A stretch of 64,000 bases of DNA from Eledone cirrhosa (lineage: Eukaryota): NCBI GenBank assembly GCA_964016885.1, contig OZ024755.1:27652001-27716000 (forward strand). The letters run 5' to 3'. Of the stretch, positions 25,526-40,100 are shown piece by piece. The translations under genes were made by a program, and so were the position numbers. The notes under the pieces were generated by a model. That model ran no database searches and had not been told where the DNA came from. It worked only from the letters and a program-made list of their open reading frames with translations. Numbering within the stretch: position 1 is the first letter of the stretch; each line of letters starts with the position of its first letter.

Positions 25526-25528
<3 letters not shown>
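24240..25528 (+). mobile_element. Full-length Tc1/mariner transposon, maT (DD37D) family
   Basis: TIRs CA(A/G)GGTG(T/C)GGACGATATTTGTTCGCAA, TA flanks at 24238-9 and 25529-30. Confidence 0.95.
24373..25404 (+). pseudogene. maT DD37D transposase with one in-frame TAG (25159-25161)
   Basis: WFFSDEK, WQQDSAPCHT, WPPSSPDCNPLD; 37 residues between the 2nd and 3rd Asp; frame stays open after the stop to ...AGFIE*. Confidence 0.93.
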
Positions 25529-25593
<65 letters not shown>

Positions 25594-25843
25594 TATCCAG
25601 GAAGCTCTAACCGCTAAGGTTGTCTTTTTTCCGGGTATGTCAATATTTATTTATAAAACAAATGTGTATTTTATCTGATGAAAGCGCACCATAACGCACA
25701 GAGTACTCAATACTTAAGGTAGTAGAGTGGGTAATAGGAGAAAGTATGACCCCGACGGCTATTTCTGGACTTTTTTTCCAGGAAAAATTTGAACCGTTAA
25801 GATCTCGTTCCTGGATATGTCAATATTTATGAAACAAACTTTG

Positions 25844-25906
25844 TATTTTATCTGATGAGGGCGTACCAAAGTTTTGGTACCCTTGAAATATATATATAAT
25901 AGAATA
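25844..25906 (+). ncRNA. Minimal type-I hammerhead ribozyme, family 2 (truncated tandem copy at 25667-25690)
   Basis: TATTTTAT-CTGATGA-GGGcGTACCAAA-GT-TTTGGTACcCTT-GAAA-TATATATA-TA-ATAGAATA. Confidence 0.8.
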
Positions 25907-25947
25907 AATATGGTTTTATAAATGTAGTTTCCATTTATTAATATAAT

Positions 25948-26002
<55 letters not shown>

Positions 26003-26061
26003 TTTATTTATTTAAATAAAAATGGCGTAGACATACAATACAATAGGAGGGAATATAATAG

Positions 26062-26105
26062 TACCACTGATGATGTTGCAGATGTGCAACGAAAGAACTT
26101 TGTTA
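26062..26105 (+). ncRNA. Minimal hammerhead ribozyme, family 3
   Basis: TACCA-CTGATGA-T-GTTGCA-GATG-TGCAAC-GAAA-GAAC-TT-TGTTA. Confidence 0.62.
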
Positions 26106-27039
26106 GACTATATATATATGTATTTATATCTGTATTTTTGACCGTTGGTCAGTCAATGTTAAACATTGATGGCCGGATGAATTAACTATGGAAATATAAA
26201 AAAAAACAGAAGCGAAAACCAACCAAACAGTGAGTGTGTTGTTATTATTTTTGGCAATATTATTACAACAATATGACCATCCCCAAGTATAACAATATTT
26301 GTTTCGACACACGATTTCATATCAAAAACCTTGCAAAACAAATATATATATATGTAATATATAATACGAAAAAAGTATGACCCCGACGGCAGAGCTCAAG
26401 CCGTTTCGACGGCTATTTCAGTCCAGAAATAGCCGTCGATCCGGCTTGAGCTCTGCCGTCGGGTTCATACTTTTCCCTATTACCCACTCTACTACCCTAA
26501 GTATTGAGTACTCTGGTGCGTTATGGTCCATCTGGTTCCTTACCACAATTCCTTCGTTTGTAATATATAATATATATATATATGTGTGTGTGTACACACG
26601 CATATATATATATATATGTATGTATACGTGCCTACACACTCACATACATACGTATGTGTGTATATATATTTATATATATTTCAAAATTGACAAGAGGTAA
26701 AATACATCTGCGGTTATCGACTCTTGAAATGGACGTACCCAATTTCGACGTCTACCGACAACACTGCTCGTCCATTCGGAGTCAGTGGTCTAGCAAAGAA
26801 GCTAAACACTGACCTGAAGTATTTTACGTGACAAAAACAAAGATTATGTTAAAGTTATTGTAGATATAACTATTGGCTTTGAATTAGAAGCCTTAGCTGT
26901 GAAAAACAAAACGAATTGCAAAGTTTAAACACATTCAAGTCTTCCTCTGTACACAGCAAAAAACCCAAACAATATTATTCTTATACTAACATGTTAACGA
27001 TTATTTTCATCTCATCAGAGAATGACTACCAGTAGTGAT

Positions 27040-27215
27040 TCTCCCTTACCACCCTCCGGGGAAATGCCGTCTCCATTCTGTCTGCCGGGGCTGTGGAGCG
27101 GCCAGCACGTGGGACCCCATTTGCTTACAACACAGAGAAATGGGGAGGGTGAGAGAAATGCAGGTGACAGTGGGAGTTCGGCTCCTCTGTGTTCGGACAC
27201 ATTGCACCTGTCATG
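27040..27215 (+). mobile_element. CRE-like retrotransposon 3' fragment
   Basis: Homologous to 18900-19100 in inverted orientation. Confidence 0.7.
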
Positions 27216-27680
27216 TGGATCTTGTGACGTCATTTTTTTTTCTGGCCACTCTGGTTTTATGATTCAAAACTGCTCCCTTTACAAATTTACTCGTGTTTTT
27301 ATTTGTATGTAGAATTATTAATGGTGATAGTCATAACTTAATTTCTGTGTAGATATTACCAAATACTCATTATCTTATATACACAGTGATTCCGTGTATG
27401 TAGTAATGTCGCTATAGGAACATCAGATATGTCATACAGATTAGAGAAACTAAAACAATTATCTGAAATGGTCAGTGTGACACTCTGCATGAATTGTATC
27501 CTACGTCTTGTGACCAAATTAAATAAATAATCAATATTTTTTGCTAGAATACAGCATAAATGTGAAGATTAAAACAAATTTAATGCAGATACAACTATAG
27601 TTGAATTTTTTAAATTAGAAATCTTAGCCATGAAAAGAATGAACTGTGAAGTGCAAGAACTTTCAACTACTCAATGAAAT

Positions 27681-28028
27681 ATTGTTTCTACTTTTGGTAC
27701 AAGGTCAGCAATTACCCCAGTGCATTACTAGTGCTTTATTTTATGAACCCCCGTAAGGATGAAAGGCAAAGAGTTAACCTCGGCAGGATTTGAACTCAGA
27801 CCGCAAAGGGTCGTAACTCTATGCTGCAAATCATGGCGTCCGAGGTTTCTATTTTTGGCATAAGGCCAGCAGTTACCCCGGTTTATTACTGGTACTTTAT
27901 TTTATCGATCCAGTAAGGATGAACGATAAAGTAAACCTCGGCGGGAGTTGAACTCAGAAAGTAAAAGGCCATAACTCTATGCTGCAATGCATGGCGTCTG
28001 ACGCTCTAGCGATACTGCCAATCCACTG
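27681..28028 (-). mobile_element. Two tandem tRNA-SINE copies
   Basis: Reverse-complement SINE bodies at 27681-27845 and 27846-28028. Confidence 0.88.
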
Positions 28029-28277
28029 CATGCCTAAATTAGCCGAGCAAGAACTATCCATTTTCAGAATTTTAATCTTGATTAGTAATCCCTCCATGGG
28101 AAATAGATGAAGGTAAATATAACTCCTCTAAAGATCGAACCTGCATTGCAGCCTCTACATGCTAGCAGCAAATGTTTGTGGCATCTGTGCCACAGCACCC
28201 ATACTGAGATAAATTTACAGAATTATATAGGAATACTCGTATTTTGTGAAACATAAATTATTAGAAGTTATACTCAC

Positions 28278-28355
28278 GCTTGTCTTAGTAGAGTCTGAAG
28301 TCTGTTTTGAAACCTGTTTACTGGTGCATCCCTTGTAATAGGATTGGTACGAATA
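28278..28355 (-). CDS. Calcitonin-like precursor, propeptide exon (78 nt, phase 2-2)
   Basis: Acceptor TTTTTTCTCTTTGATGGTTTTCAG, donor GTGAGT; reads (S)IRTNPITRDAPVNRFQNRLQTLLRQ(A); joins both neighbouring exons in frame. Confidence 0.85.
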
Positions 28356-28411
28356 CTGAAAACCATCAAAGAGAAAAAATATTATGTGCCGGAGATATAT
28401 TTTTAGTTTGA

Positions 28412-28619
28412 CCCTTTAGCATTTACATTACTCTATATTTACTATTGTATTTTCGTGGTAAAAACTTTATCTCGCATAATATCGAAGCTACGAGATTTTG
28501 TTGTTATTTATTTTGAGAACAATACCTTATCATTGGTATGAGTGGCCAGTTAGGGCCGGTTTGAACAGAAAGAGGTGAGAACATTCTAGCCAGATATGGT
28601 CGGTTTAAATGCTAAAGGG
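28412..28619. mobile_element. piggyBac-like MITE
   Basis: TIR CCCTTTAGCATTTA / TAAATGCTAAAGGG flanked by TTGA and TTAA. Confidence 0.8.
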
Positions 28620-28825
28620 TTAAGACTCCATATTACATTTTAGTAAACCGAAGAATTATAAAACTGAGTGATTCTGCCGAATCACTCAGTTCACGTAACT
28701 AGTTCACTTAATATACTCTACTAACGTTCTAGAGAACAGCATGAATATCATTTCTAATTTAGACACAAGGTCAATAAATTTGGTGGAGGGGTAAAGCTGT
28801 TTAAACAAAGCCAGTACTTTACTGT

Positions 28826-28955
28826 GGAGGCGCGTGGCCTAGTGGTAGGGGTGTTGCACTTATGATCATAATGTCGTGGATTCGATTCCTGGGCTGGGCT
28901 GTGTGTTATGTTCTTGAGCAAAGCACATCATTTCACGGTGCTCCACTATACTCAG
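28826..28955 (+). mobile_element. Second tRNA-SINE family (CORE-like body)
   Basis: A box TGGCCTAGTGG, B-box-like GATTCGATTCC, body TGTTCTTGAGCAAAGCAC. Confidence 0.65.
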
Positions 28956-29004
28956 TGGAGGTATGTGACCTTGTGGTAAGGGTGTTGGACTTTATAGAGG
29001 AAGA

Positions 29005-29163
29005 ATCGATCCCAGTACTGGACTGGCACTTTTTTTTATCGACCTCAAAAGGACGAAAGGACAAAGTTGACGTCGTGGGATTTGAACTCAGACCGCAGAG
29101 AGCCAGAACGAACACCGTAAAGCATTCTATCCGACGTTCTAACGACTCTGCCAATTCATCACC
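29005..29163 (-). mobile_element. Diverged tRNA-SINE; similar copies 29723-29882 and 31003-31112
   Basis: TTTTATCGACC...GGGATTTGAACTCAG...GCCAATTC. Confidence 0.8.
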
Positions 29164-29209
29164 TTTCATTGAATCTTATGAAATGGTAGAACTTGAAAAC
29201 GATTTTTAC

Positions 29210-29298
29210 CTGTCTAATTCGTTCAATTGCGGATCATACCAAGCCCAGGTAGATGGAAGCACAAGAAGCAAAGTGAGAAGATAATATAGTGTTGCCAT
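29210..29298 (-). CDS. Calcitonin-like precursor, first coding exon (signal peptide); exon starts at 29315 with 17-nt 5' UTR
   Basis: Acceptor TTTCTATCTATTTTCAG, GCAATGG start context, MATLYYLLTLLLVLPSTWA|WYDPQLNELD(S), donor AG|GTAAAA, phase 2. Confidence 0.87.
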
Positions 29299-31177
29299 TG
29301 CCGTAGAAAAGGAATCTGAAAATAGATAGAAATTTAATATAATATTATACATTAGATCCTATTTCCACGGTTTCTCCATAGCACGGTCAATAAATACTTT
29401 TATGAGCAACAATTATTTATTACCTCCATTGGAAGCATTTGAAGAATCTGATTGGAAATAAGCCCTCTCATGTCAGTTACGAATATAAGATGAATAATAG
29501 GAATATTTCAATGAATTGTGTGAAGTTGTGATTAGAATAGTGTATGTATGTATGTATGTATGGTCCCGTAATTCCTGATAGAATCGTAGGAGCGCCGTAT
29601 TGACATACAGCGTTCCTAGGGCATTTTTTAAAGCCTGGCGGAGCCCATCCCTCTCTAGGCCTGAGTACAGCAGATTTCTTCCAGAGAAAGAGAGAAAATG
29701 AGAAAGAGATATAGAGGAAGACTCGACCCCAGTACTAGACTGGTACTTTTTTTATCGACCTCGAGAGGATTAAAGGCAAAGTTGACCTCGATGGGATTTG
29801 AACTCAGAAAGCAGAGAGCCGGAAAAAATACTATAAAGTATTCTTATCCGACGTTCTAACGACTTTGCCAATTCGCCGCCATAGTGGATCTATATCGATT
29901 AACAAAAGCATACGTGTCAAGTTGCATGTTCAAATGAATGTCTCCTTATTAAAGAAGGAAATAAAGCAATAGATAAAGGAACTTATAGAAATTGTCTTTT
30001 CAAATAAAGTACTGCATTCCTCCCAAAGGGTTCTAAAATGAGACCCGTGGAATCAATAGGGCTTTAACATTAGTTTCTTTGTCTTCCATATAGACTACAT
30101 ACATATCAATTACTAACATCATTCCAAATTATTTCCTAAGAGAGTTATATGATGAATTTACAATTGCCTGTTTCACGTGGTCAGAAAAGATGAACGGCAG
30201 CGGTGGTGATTTTCCTTACAAATTGCTTAGGATTTGCTCCTTTGCAAATCTAAATCCTCTGAACACCCAAAAATTAATCTTCAGAGTTGGGTAGATTAGA
30301 TTCATTGTAATCTCAACAGAGGAATTGTCGAACTAATTGAGCATAATTCAATTAGTCTTTGACTAGGATGAAAGTATGGTGATAAACAAAGATCCTGTGG
30401 TTTTTATGAGGAAAGATCGACATACCATTAGGACAATTCGTCAGCCCTGATGCACCAATGGGTCTGCGGATGAAAGCTATGTCGCTAACCTCAGCTAAAA
30501 ATCACATATTTTGCACCATTCTCACACCTGCTTCAAATGAGGAGCATGGAGTACATGTAATAAGCTGTGTGGTAAACATAGGCAGACATCTTTGATATTC
30601 TTAAGTTGATGATCTTATTAAAAGGCTCTTCTATATCCGCGACATGGCTTTCACCCGCAGACCCATTGGTGCATGAGGATTGAAGAAAAATGCTTTAATG
30701 GTATGTCGATCTTTCCTCATAAAAACGGCAGGAACTTTATTTATCACCATACGCTGCCCCTAGTTAACGACTCCCGGAAAGACGACAGAGAATGTAGAAA
30801 AGGTTACTACTGTTGACTGGCATTAATGGTGGTGTTGTATACCATCAGGTCTATGACTTTTCACTGAGTAATCTGTAATATTATATCTATGACTAATGAC
30901 ACCCAATTATGGTGATGTCTAACATAGTGACAATGGTTGTTGAAGGAATGACTCAACGATAGTGGTGATAACATTATGTCTACTCCTATTGACTGATTTA
31001 ATATTTGTTTCTACTTTTGGCACAAAGCCAGCAATTATCCCATTGCATTACTGGTACTTTATTTTATCGACCCCGTATGGATGAAACGCAAAGTTAACCT
31101 TGGCGGGATTTAATAATGGCGGTATATAACAGTATGTCTATGACTTTAGACAGATCCAAACATTACGACTGTTTAAA

Positions 31178-34100
31178 TCAATGTAGTGTCTAACCTTATA
31201 TCTGTTTCTGGTGACTATGTCAATGTAGTGTCTAACCTTATATCTGTTTCTGGTGACTATGACAATGTAGTGTCTAACCTTATATCTGTTTCTGGTGACT
31301 ATGTCAATGTAGTGTCTAACATTATATCTGTTTCTGGTGAGTATGTCAATGTAGTGTCTAACATTATATCTGTTTCTGGTGACTATGTCAATGTAGTGTC
31401 TAACATTATATCTGTTTCTGGTGACTATGTCAATGTAGTGTCTAACATTATATCTGTTTCTGGTGACTATGACAATGTAGTGTCTAACATTATATCTGTT
31501 TCTGGTGACTATGACAATGTAGTGTCTAACATTATATCTGTTTCTGGTGACTATGACAATGTAGTGTCTAACATTATATCTGTTTCTGGTGACTATGTCA
31601 ATGTAGTGTCTAACATTATATCTGTTTCTGGTGACTATGACAATGTAGTGTCTAACATTATATCTGTTTCTGGTGACTATGACAATGTAGTGTCTAACAT
31701 TATATCTGTTTCTAGTGACTATGTCAATGTAGTGTCTAACCTTATATCTGTTTCTGGTGACTATGTCAATGTAGTGTCTAACCTTATATCTGTTTCTGGT
31801 GACTATGACAATGTAGTGTCTAACCTTATATCTGTTTCTGGTGACTATGTCAATGTAGTGTCTAACCTTATATCTGTTTCTGGTGACTATGACAATGTAG
31901 TGTCTAACCTTATATCTGTTTCTGGTGACTATGTCAATGTAGTGTCTAACCTTATATCTGTTTCTGGTGACTATGCCAATGTAGTGTCTAACATTATATC
32001 TGTTTCTGGTGACTATGTCAATGTAGTGTCTAACATTATATCTGTTTCTGGTGACTATGTCAATGTAGTGTCTAACATTATATCTGTTTCTGGTGACTAT
32101 GTCAATGTAGTGTCTAACATTATATCTGTTTCTGGTGACTATGTCAATGTAGTGTCTAACATTATATCTGTTTCTGGTGAGTATGTCAATGTAGTGTCTA
32201 ACATTATATCTGTTTCTGGTGACTATGCCAATGTAGTGTCTAACCTTATATCTGTTTCTGGTGACTATGTCAATGTAGTGTCTAACATTATATCTGTTTC
32301 TGGTGACTATGCCAATGTAGTGTCTAACCTTATATCTGTTTCTGGTGACTATGTCAATGTAGTGTCTAACCTTATATCTGTTTCTGGTGACTATGTCAAT
32401 GTAGTGTCTAACCTTATATCTGTTTCTGGTGACTATGTCAATGTAGTGTCTAACATTATATCTGTTTCTGGTGACTATGCCAATGTAGTGTCTAACCTTA
32501 TATCTGTTTCTGGTGACTATGTCAATGTAGTGTCTAACATTATATCTGTTTCTGGTGACTATGTCAATGTAGTGTCTAACCTTATATCTGTTTCTGGTGA
32601 CTATGTCAATGTAGTGTCTAACATTATATCTGTTTCTGGTGACTATGCCAATGTAGTGTCTAACATTATATCTGTTTCTGGTGACTATGTCAATGTAGTG
32701 TCTAACATTATATCTGTTTCTGGTGACTATGACAATGTAGTGTCTAACATTATATCTGTTTCTGGTGAGTATGTCAATGTAGTGTCTAACCTTATATCAG
32801 TTTCTGGTGACTATGTCAATGTAGTGTCTAACATTATATCTGTTTCTGGTGACTATGTCAATGTAGTGTCTAACATTATATCTGTTTCTGGTGACTATGT
32901 CAATGTAGTGTCTAACCTTATATCTGTTTCTGGTGACTATGACAATGTAGTGTCTAACATTATATCTGTTTCTGGTGACTATGTCAATGTAGTGTCTAAC
33001 ATTATATCTGTTTCTGGTGACTATGTCAATGTAGTGTCTCACATTATATCTGTTTCTGGTGACTATGTCAATGTAGTGTCTAACCTTATATCTGTTTCTG
33101 GTGACTATGTCAATGTAGTGTCTAACATTATATCTGTTTCTGGTGACTATGTCAATGTAGTGTCTAACATTATATCTGTTTCTGGTGACTATGTCAATGT
33201 AGTGTCTAACATTATATCTGTTTCTGGTGACTATGTCAATGTAGTGTCTAACATTATATCTGTTTCTGGTGAGTATGTCAATGTAGTGTCTAACATTATA
33301 TCTGTTTCTGGTGACTATGTCAATGTAGTGTCTAACCTTATATCTGTTTCTGGTGACTATGTCAATGTAGTGTCTAACATTATATCTGTTTCTGGTGACT
33401 ATGTCAATGTAGTGTCTAACCTTATATCTGTTTCTGGTGACTATGTCAATGTAGTGTCTAACATTATATCTGTTTCTGGTGAGTATGTCAATGTAGTGTC
33501 TAACATTATATCTGTTTCTGGTGACTATGTCAATGTAGTGTCTAACCTTATATCTGTTTCTGGTGACTATGTCAATGTAGTGTCTAACATTATATCTGTT
33601 TCTGGTGACTATGTCAATGTAGTGTCTAACCTTATATCTGTTTCTGGTGAGTATGTCAATGTAGTGTCTAACATTATATCTGTTTCTGGTGACTATGTCA
33701 ATGTAGTGTCTAACATTATATCTGTTTCTGGTGACTATGTCAATGTAGTGTCTAACATTATATCTGTTTCTGGTGACTATGTCAATGTAGTGTCTAACAT
33801 TATATCTGTTTCTGGTGACTATGTCAATGTAGTGTCTAACCTTATATCTGTTTCTGGTGACTATGTCAATGTAGTGTCTAACCTTATATCTGTTTCTGGT
33901 GAGTATGTCAATGTAGTGTCTAACCTTATATCTGTTTCTGGTGACTATGTCAATGTAGTGTCTAACATTATATCTGTTTCTGGTGACTATGTCAATGTAG
34001 TGTCTAACATTATATCTGTTTCTGGTGAGTATGTCAATGTAGTGTCTAACATTATATCTGTTTCTGGTGACTATGTCAATGTAGTGTCTAACCTTATATC

Positions 34101-37100
34101 TGTTTCTGGTGACTATGTCAATGTAGTGTCTAACCTTATATCTGTTTCTGGTGACTATGTCAATGTAGTGTCTAACCTTATATCTGTTTCTGGTGACTAT
34201 GTCAATGTAGTGTCTAACCTTATATCTGTTTCTGGTGACTATGTCAATGTAGTGTCTAACCTTATATCTGTTTCTGGTGACTATGTCAATGTAGTGTCTA
34301 ACCTTATATCTGTTTCTGGTGACTATGTCAATGTAGTGTCTAACCTTATATCTGTTTCTGGTGACTATGTCAATGTAGTGTCTAACCTTATATCTGTTTC
34401 TGGTGACTATGTCAATGTAGTGTCTAACATTATATCTGTTTCTGGTGACTATGCCAATGTAGTGTCTAACCTTATATCTGTTTCTGGTGACTATGTCAAT
34501 GTAGTGTCTAACATTATATCTGTTTCTGGTGACTATGTCAATGTAGTGTCTAACATTATATCTGTTTCTGGTGACTATGTCAATGTAGTGTCTAACATTA
34601 TATCTGTTTCTGGTGACTATGTCAATGTAGTGTCTAACATTATATCTGTTTCTGGTGACTATGTCAATGTAGTGTCTAACATTATATCTGTTTCTGGTGA
34701 CTATGCCAATGTAGTGTCTAACATTATATCTGTTTCTGGTGACTATGCCAATGTAGTGTCTAACATTATATCTGTTTCTGGTGAGTATGTCAATGTAGTG
34801 TCTAACATTATATCTGTTTCTGGTGACTATGCCAATGTAGTGTCTAACATTATATCTGTTTCTGGTGACTATGCCAATGTAGTGTCTAACATTATATCTG
34901 TTTCTGGTGACTATGTCAATGTAGTGTCTAACATTATATCTGTTTCTGGTGACTATGACAATGTAGTGTCTAACCTTATATCTGTTTCTGGTGACTATGT
35001 CAATGTAGTGTCTAACATTATATCTGTTTCTGGTGACTATGTCAATGTAGTGTCTAACCTTATATCTGTTTCTGGTGACTATGTCAATGTAGTGTCTAAC
35101 ATTATATCTGTTTCTGGTGACTATGTCAATGTAGTGTCTAACCTTATATCTGCTTCTGGTGACTATGTCAATGTAGTGTCTAACCTTATATCTGCTTCTG
35201 GTGACTATGTCAATGTAGTGTCTAACCTTATATCTGTTTCTGGTGACTAAGCCAATGTAGTGTCTAACATTATATCTGTTTCTGGTGACTATATCAATGT
35301 AGTGTCTAACCTTATATCTGTTTCTGGTGACTAAGCCAATGTAGTGTCTAACATTATATCTGTTTCTGGTGACTATGTCAATGTAGTGTCTAACATTATA
35401 TCTGTTTCTGGTGACTATGTCAATGTAGTGTCTAACATTATATCTGTTTCTGGTGACTATGCCAATGTAGTGTCTAACATTATATCTGTTTCTGGTGACT
35501 ATGTCAATGTAGTGTCTAACATTATATCTGTTTCTGGTGACTATGTCAATGTAGTGTCTAACCTTATAACTGTTTCTGGTGACTATGTCAATGTAGTGTC
35601 TAACATTATATCTGCTTCTGGTGACTATGACAATGTAGTGTCTAACATTATATCTGTTTCTGGTGACTATGTCAATGTAGTGTCTAACCTTATAACTGTT
35701 TCTGGTGACTATGTCAATGTAGTGTCTAACATTATATCTGCTTCTGGTGACTATGTCAATGTAGTGTCTAACATTATATCTGCTTCTGGTGACTATGACA
35801 ATGTAGTGTCTAACATTATATCTGTTTCTGGTGACTATGTCAATGTAGTGTCTAACCTTATAACTGTTTCTGGTGACTATGTCAATGTAGTGTCTAACAT
35901 TATATCTGCTTCTGGTGACTATGTCAATGTAGTGTCTAACATTATATCTGCTTCTGGTGACTATGACAATGTAGTGTCTAACATTATATCTGTTTCTGGT
36001 GACTATGTCAATGTAGTGTCTAACCTTATAACTGTTTCTGGTGACTATGTCAATGTAGTGTCTAACATTATATCTGCTTCTGGTGACTATGTCAATGTAG
36101 TGTCTAACATTATATCTGTTTCTGGTGACTATGCCAATGTAGTGTCTAACATTATATCTGTTTCTGGTGACTATGTCAATGTAGTGTCTAACATTATATC
36201 TGCTTCTGGTGACTATGACAATGTAGTGTCTAACATTATATCTGTTTCTGGTGACTATGTCAATGTAGTGTCTAACATTATATCTGCTTCTGGTGACTAT
36301 GACAATGTAGTGTCTAACATTATATCTGTTTCTGGTGACTATGTCAATGTAGTGTCTAACATTATATCTGTTTCTGGTGACTATGCCAATGTAGTGTCTA
36401 ACATTATATCTGTTTCTGGTGACTATGTCAATGTAGTGTCTAACATTATATCTGTTTCTGGTGACTATGTCAATGTAGTGTCTAACATTATATCTGTTTC
36501 TGGTGACTATGCCAATGTAGTGTCTAACATTATATCTGTTTCTGGTGACTATGTCAATGTAGTGTCTAACATTATATCTGTTTCTGGTGACTATGTCAAT
36601 GTAGTGTCTAACATTATATCTGTTTCTGGTGACTATGCCAATGTAGTGTCTAACATTATATCTGTTTCTGGTGACTATGACAATGTAGTGTCTAACATTA
36701 TATCTGTTTCTAGTGACTATGCCAATGTAGTGTCTAACATTATATCTGTTTCTGGTGACTATGTCAATGTAGTGTCTAACATTATATCTGTTTCTGGTGA
36801 CTATGTCAATGTAGTGTCTAACATTATATCTGTTTCTGGTGACTATATCAATGTAGTGTCTAACCTTATATCTGTTTCTGGTGACTAAGCCAATGTAGTG
36901 TCTAACATTATATCTGTTTCTGGTGACTATGTCAATGTAGTGTCTAACATTATATCTGTTTCTGGTGACTATGTCAATGTAGTGTCTAACATTATATCTG
37001 TTTCTGGTGACTATGTCAATGTAGTGTCTAACCTTATATCTGTTTCTGGTGACTAAGCCAATGTAGTGTCTAACATTATATCTGTTTCTGGTGACTATAT

Positions 37101-40100
37101 CAATGTAGTGTCTAACCTTATATCTGTTTCTGGTGACTAAGCCAATGTAGTGTCTAACATTATATCTGTTTCTGGTGACTATGTCAATGTAGTGTCTAAC
37201 ATTATATCTGTTTCTGGTGACTATGCCAATGTAGTGTCTAACCTTATATCTGTTTCTGGTGACTATGACAATGTAGTGTCTAACCTTATATCTGTTTCTG
37301 GTGACTATGTCAATGTAGTGTCTAACATTATATCTGTTTCTGGTGACTAAGCCAATGTAGTGTCTAACATTATATCTGTTTCTGGTGACTATGCCAATGT
37401 AGTGTCTAACCTTATATCTGTTTCTGGTGACTATGTCAATGTAGTGTCTAACATTATATCTGTTTCTGGTGACTATGTCAATGTAGTGTCTAACATTATA
37501 TCTGTTTCTGGTGACTATGTCAATGTAGTGTCTAACATTATATCTGTTTCTGGTGACTATGTCAATGTAGTGTCTAACATTATATCTGTTTCTGGTGACT
37601 ATGTCAATGTAGTGTCTAACATTATATCTGTTTCTGGTGACTATGTCAATGTAGTGTCTAACATTATATCTGTTTCTGGTGACTAAGCCAATGTAGTGTC
37701 TACATTATATCTGTTTCTGGTGACTATGTCAATGTAGTGTCTAACATTATATCTGTTTCTGGTGACTATGTCAATGTAGTGTCTAACATTATATCTGTTT
37801 CTGGTGACTATGTCAATGTAGTGTCTAACATTATATCTGTTTCTGGTGACTATGTCAATGTAGTGTCTAACATTATATCTGTTTCTGGTGACTATGTCAA
37901 TGTAGTGTCTAACATTATATCTGTTTCTGGTGACTATGTCAATGTAGTGTCTAACATTATATCTGTTTCTGGTGACTATGTCAATGTAGTGTCTAACATT
38001 ATATCTGCTTCTGGTGACTATGTCAATGTAGTGTCTAACATTATATCTGTTTCTGGTGACTATGTCAATGTAGTGTCTAACATTATATCTGCTTCTGGTG
38101 ACTATATCAATGTAGTGTCTAACATTATATCTGCTTCTGGTGACTATGTCAATGTAGTGTCTAACATTATATCTGCTTCTGGTGACTATGTCAATGTAGT
38201 GTCTAACATTATATCTGTTTCTGGTGACTATGTCAATGTAGTGTCTAACATTATATCTGCTTCTGGTGACTATATCAATGTAGTGTCTAACATTATATCT
38301 GCTTCTGGTGACTATGTCAATGTAGTGTCTAACATTATATCTGCTTCTGGTGACTATGTCAATGTAGTGTCTAACATTATATCTGTTTCTGGTGACTATG
38401 CCAATGTAGTGTCTAACATTATATCTGTTTCTGGTGACTATGCCAATGTAGTGTCTAACATTATATCTGTTTCTGGTGACTATGTCAATGTAGTGTCTAA
38501 CATTATATCTGTTTCTGGTGACTATGTCAATGTAGTGTCTAACCTTATATCTGTTTCTGGTGACTAAGCCAATGTAGTGTCTAACATTATATCTGTTTCT
38601 GGTGACTATGTCAATGTAGTGTCTAACCTTATATCTGTTTCTGGTGACTATGTCAATGTAGTGTCTAACCTTATATCTGTTTCTGGTGACTATGTCAATG
38701 TAGTGTCTAACATTATATCTGCTTCTGGTGACTATATCAATGTAGTGTCTAACATTATATCTGTTTCTGGTGACTATGTCAATGTAGTGTCTAACATTAT
38801 ATCTGTTTCTGGTGACTATGTCAATGTAGTGTCTAACATTATATCTGCTTCTGGTGACTATATCAATGTAGTGTCTAACATTATATCTGTTTCTGGTGAC
38901 TATATCAATGTAGTGTCTAACATTATATCTGTTTCTGGTGACTATGTCAATGTAGTGTCTAACATTATATCTGTTTCTGGTGACTAAGCCAATGTAGTGC
39001 CTAACATTATATCTGTTTCTGGTGACTATGTCAATGTAGTGTCTAACATTATATCTGTTTCTAGTGACTATGTCAATGTAGTGTCTAACATTATATCTGT
39101 TTCTGGTGACTATGTCAATGTAGTGTCTAACATTATATCAGTTTCTGGTGACTATGACAATGTAGTGTCTAACATTATATCTGTTTCTGGTGACTAAGCC
39201 AATGTAGTGTCTAACATTATATCTGTTTCTGGTGACTAAGCCAATGTAGTGTCTAACATTATATCTGTTTCTGGTGACTATGACAATGTAGTGCCTAACA
39301 TTATATCTGTTTCTGGTGACTAAGCCAATGTAGTGTCTAACATTATATCTGTTTCTGGTGACTATGTCAATGTAGTGTCTAACATTATATCTGTTTCTAG
39401 TGACTATGTCAATGTAGTGTCTAACCTTATATCTGTTTCTGGTGACTATGCCAATGTAGTGTCTAACATTATATCTGTTTCTGGTGACTATGCCAATGTA
39501 GTGTCTAACATTATATCTGTTTCTGGTGACTATGTCAATGTAGTGCCTAACATTATATCTGTTTCTAGTGACTATGTCAATGTAGTGTCTAACCTTATAT
39601 CTGTTTCTGGTGACTATGTCAATATAGTGTCTAACATTATATCTGTTTCTGGTGACTATGCCAATGTAGTGTCTAACATTATATCTGTTTCTGGTGACTA
39701 TGTCAATATAGTGTCTAACATTATATCTGTTTCTAGTGACTATGTCAATGTAGTGTCTAACCTTATATCTGTTTCTGGTGACTATGCCAATGTAGTGTCT
39801 AACATTATATCTGTTTCTAGTGACTATGTCAATGTAGTGTCTAACCTTATATCTGTTTCTGGTGACTATGTCAATATAGTGTCTAACATTATATCTGTTT
39901 CTGGTGACTATGTCAATGTAGTGTCTAACCTTATATCTGTTTCTGGTGACTATGTCAATATAGTGTCTAACATTATATCTGTTTCTGGTGACTATGTCAA
40001 TGTAGTGCCTAACATTATATCTGTTTCTGGTGACTATGCCAATGTAGTGTCTAACCTTATATCTGTTTCTGGTGACTATGTCAATGTAGTATCTAACATT

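Noticed and set aside
28662-28691. Perfect 13-bp hairpin AACTGAGTGATTC-TGCC-GAATCACTCAGTT (similar isolated hairpins at 20247-20303 and 21291-21346)
   Set aside because: Single short hairpins with no assignable function; too short or irregular to call pre-miRNA or MITE
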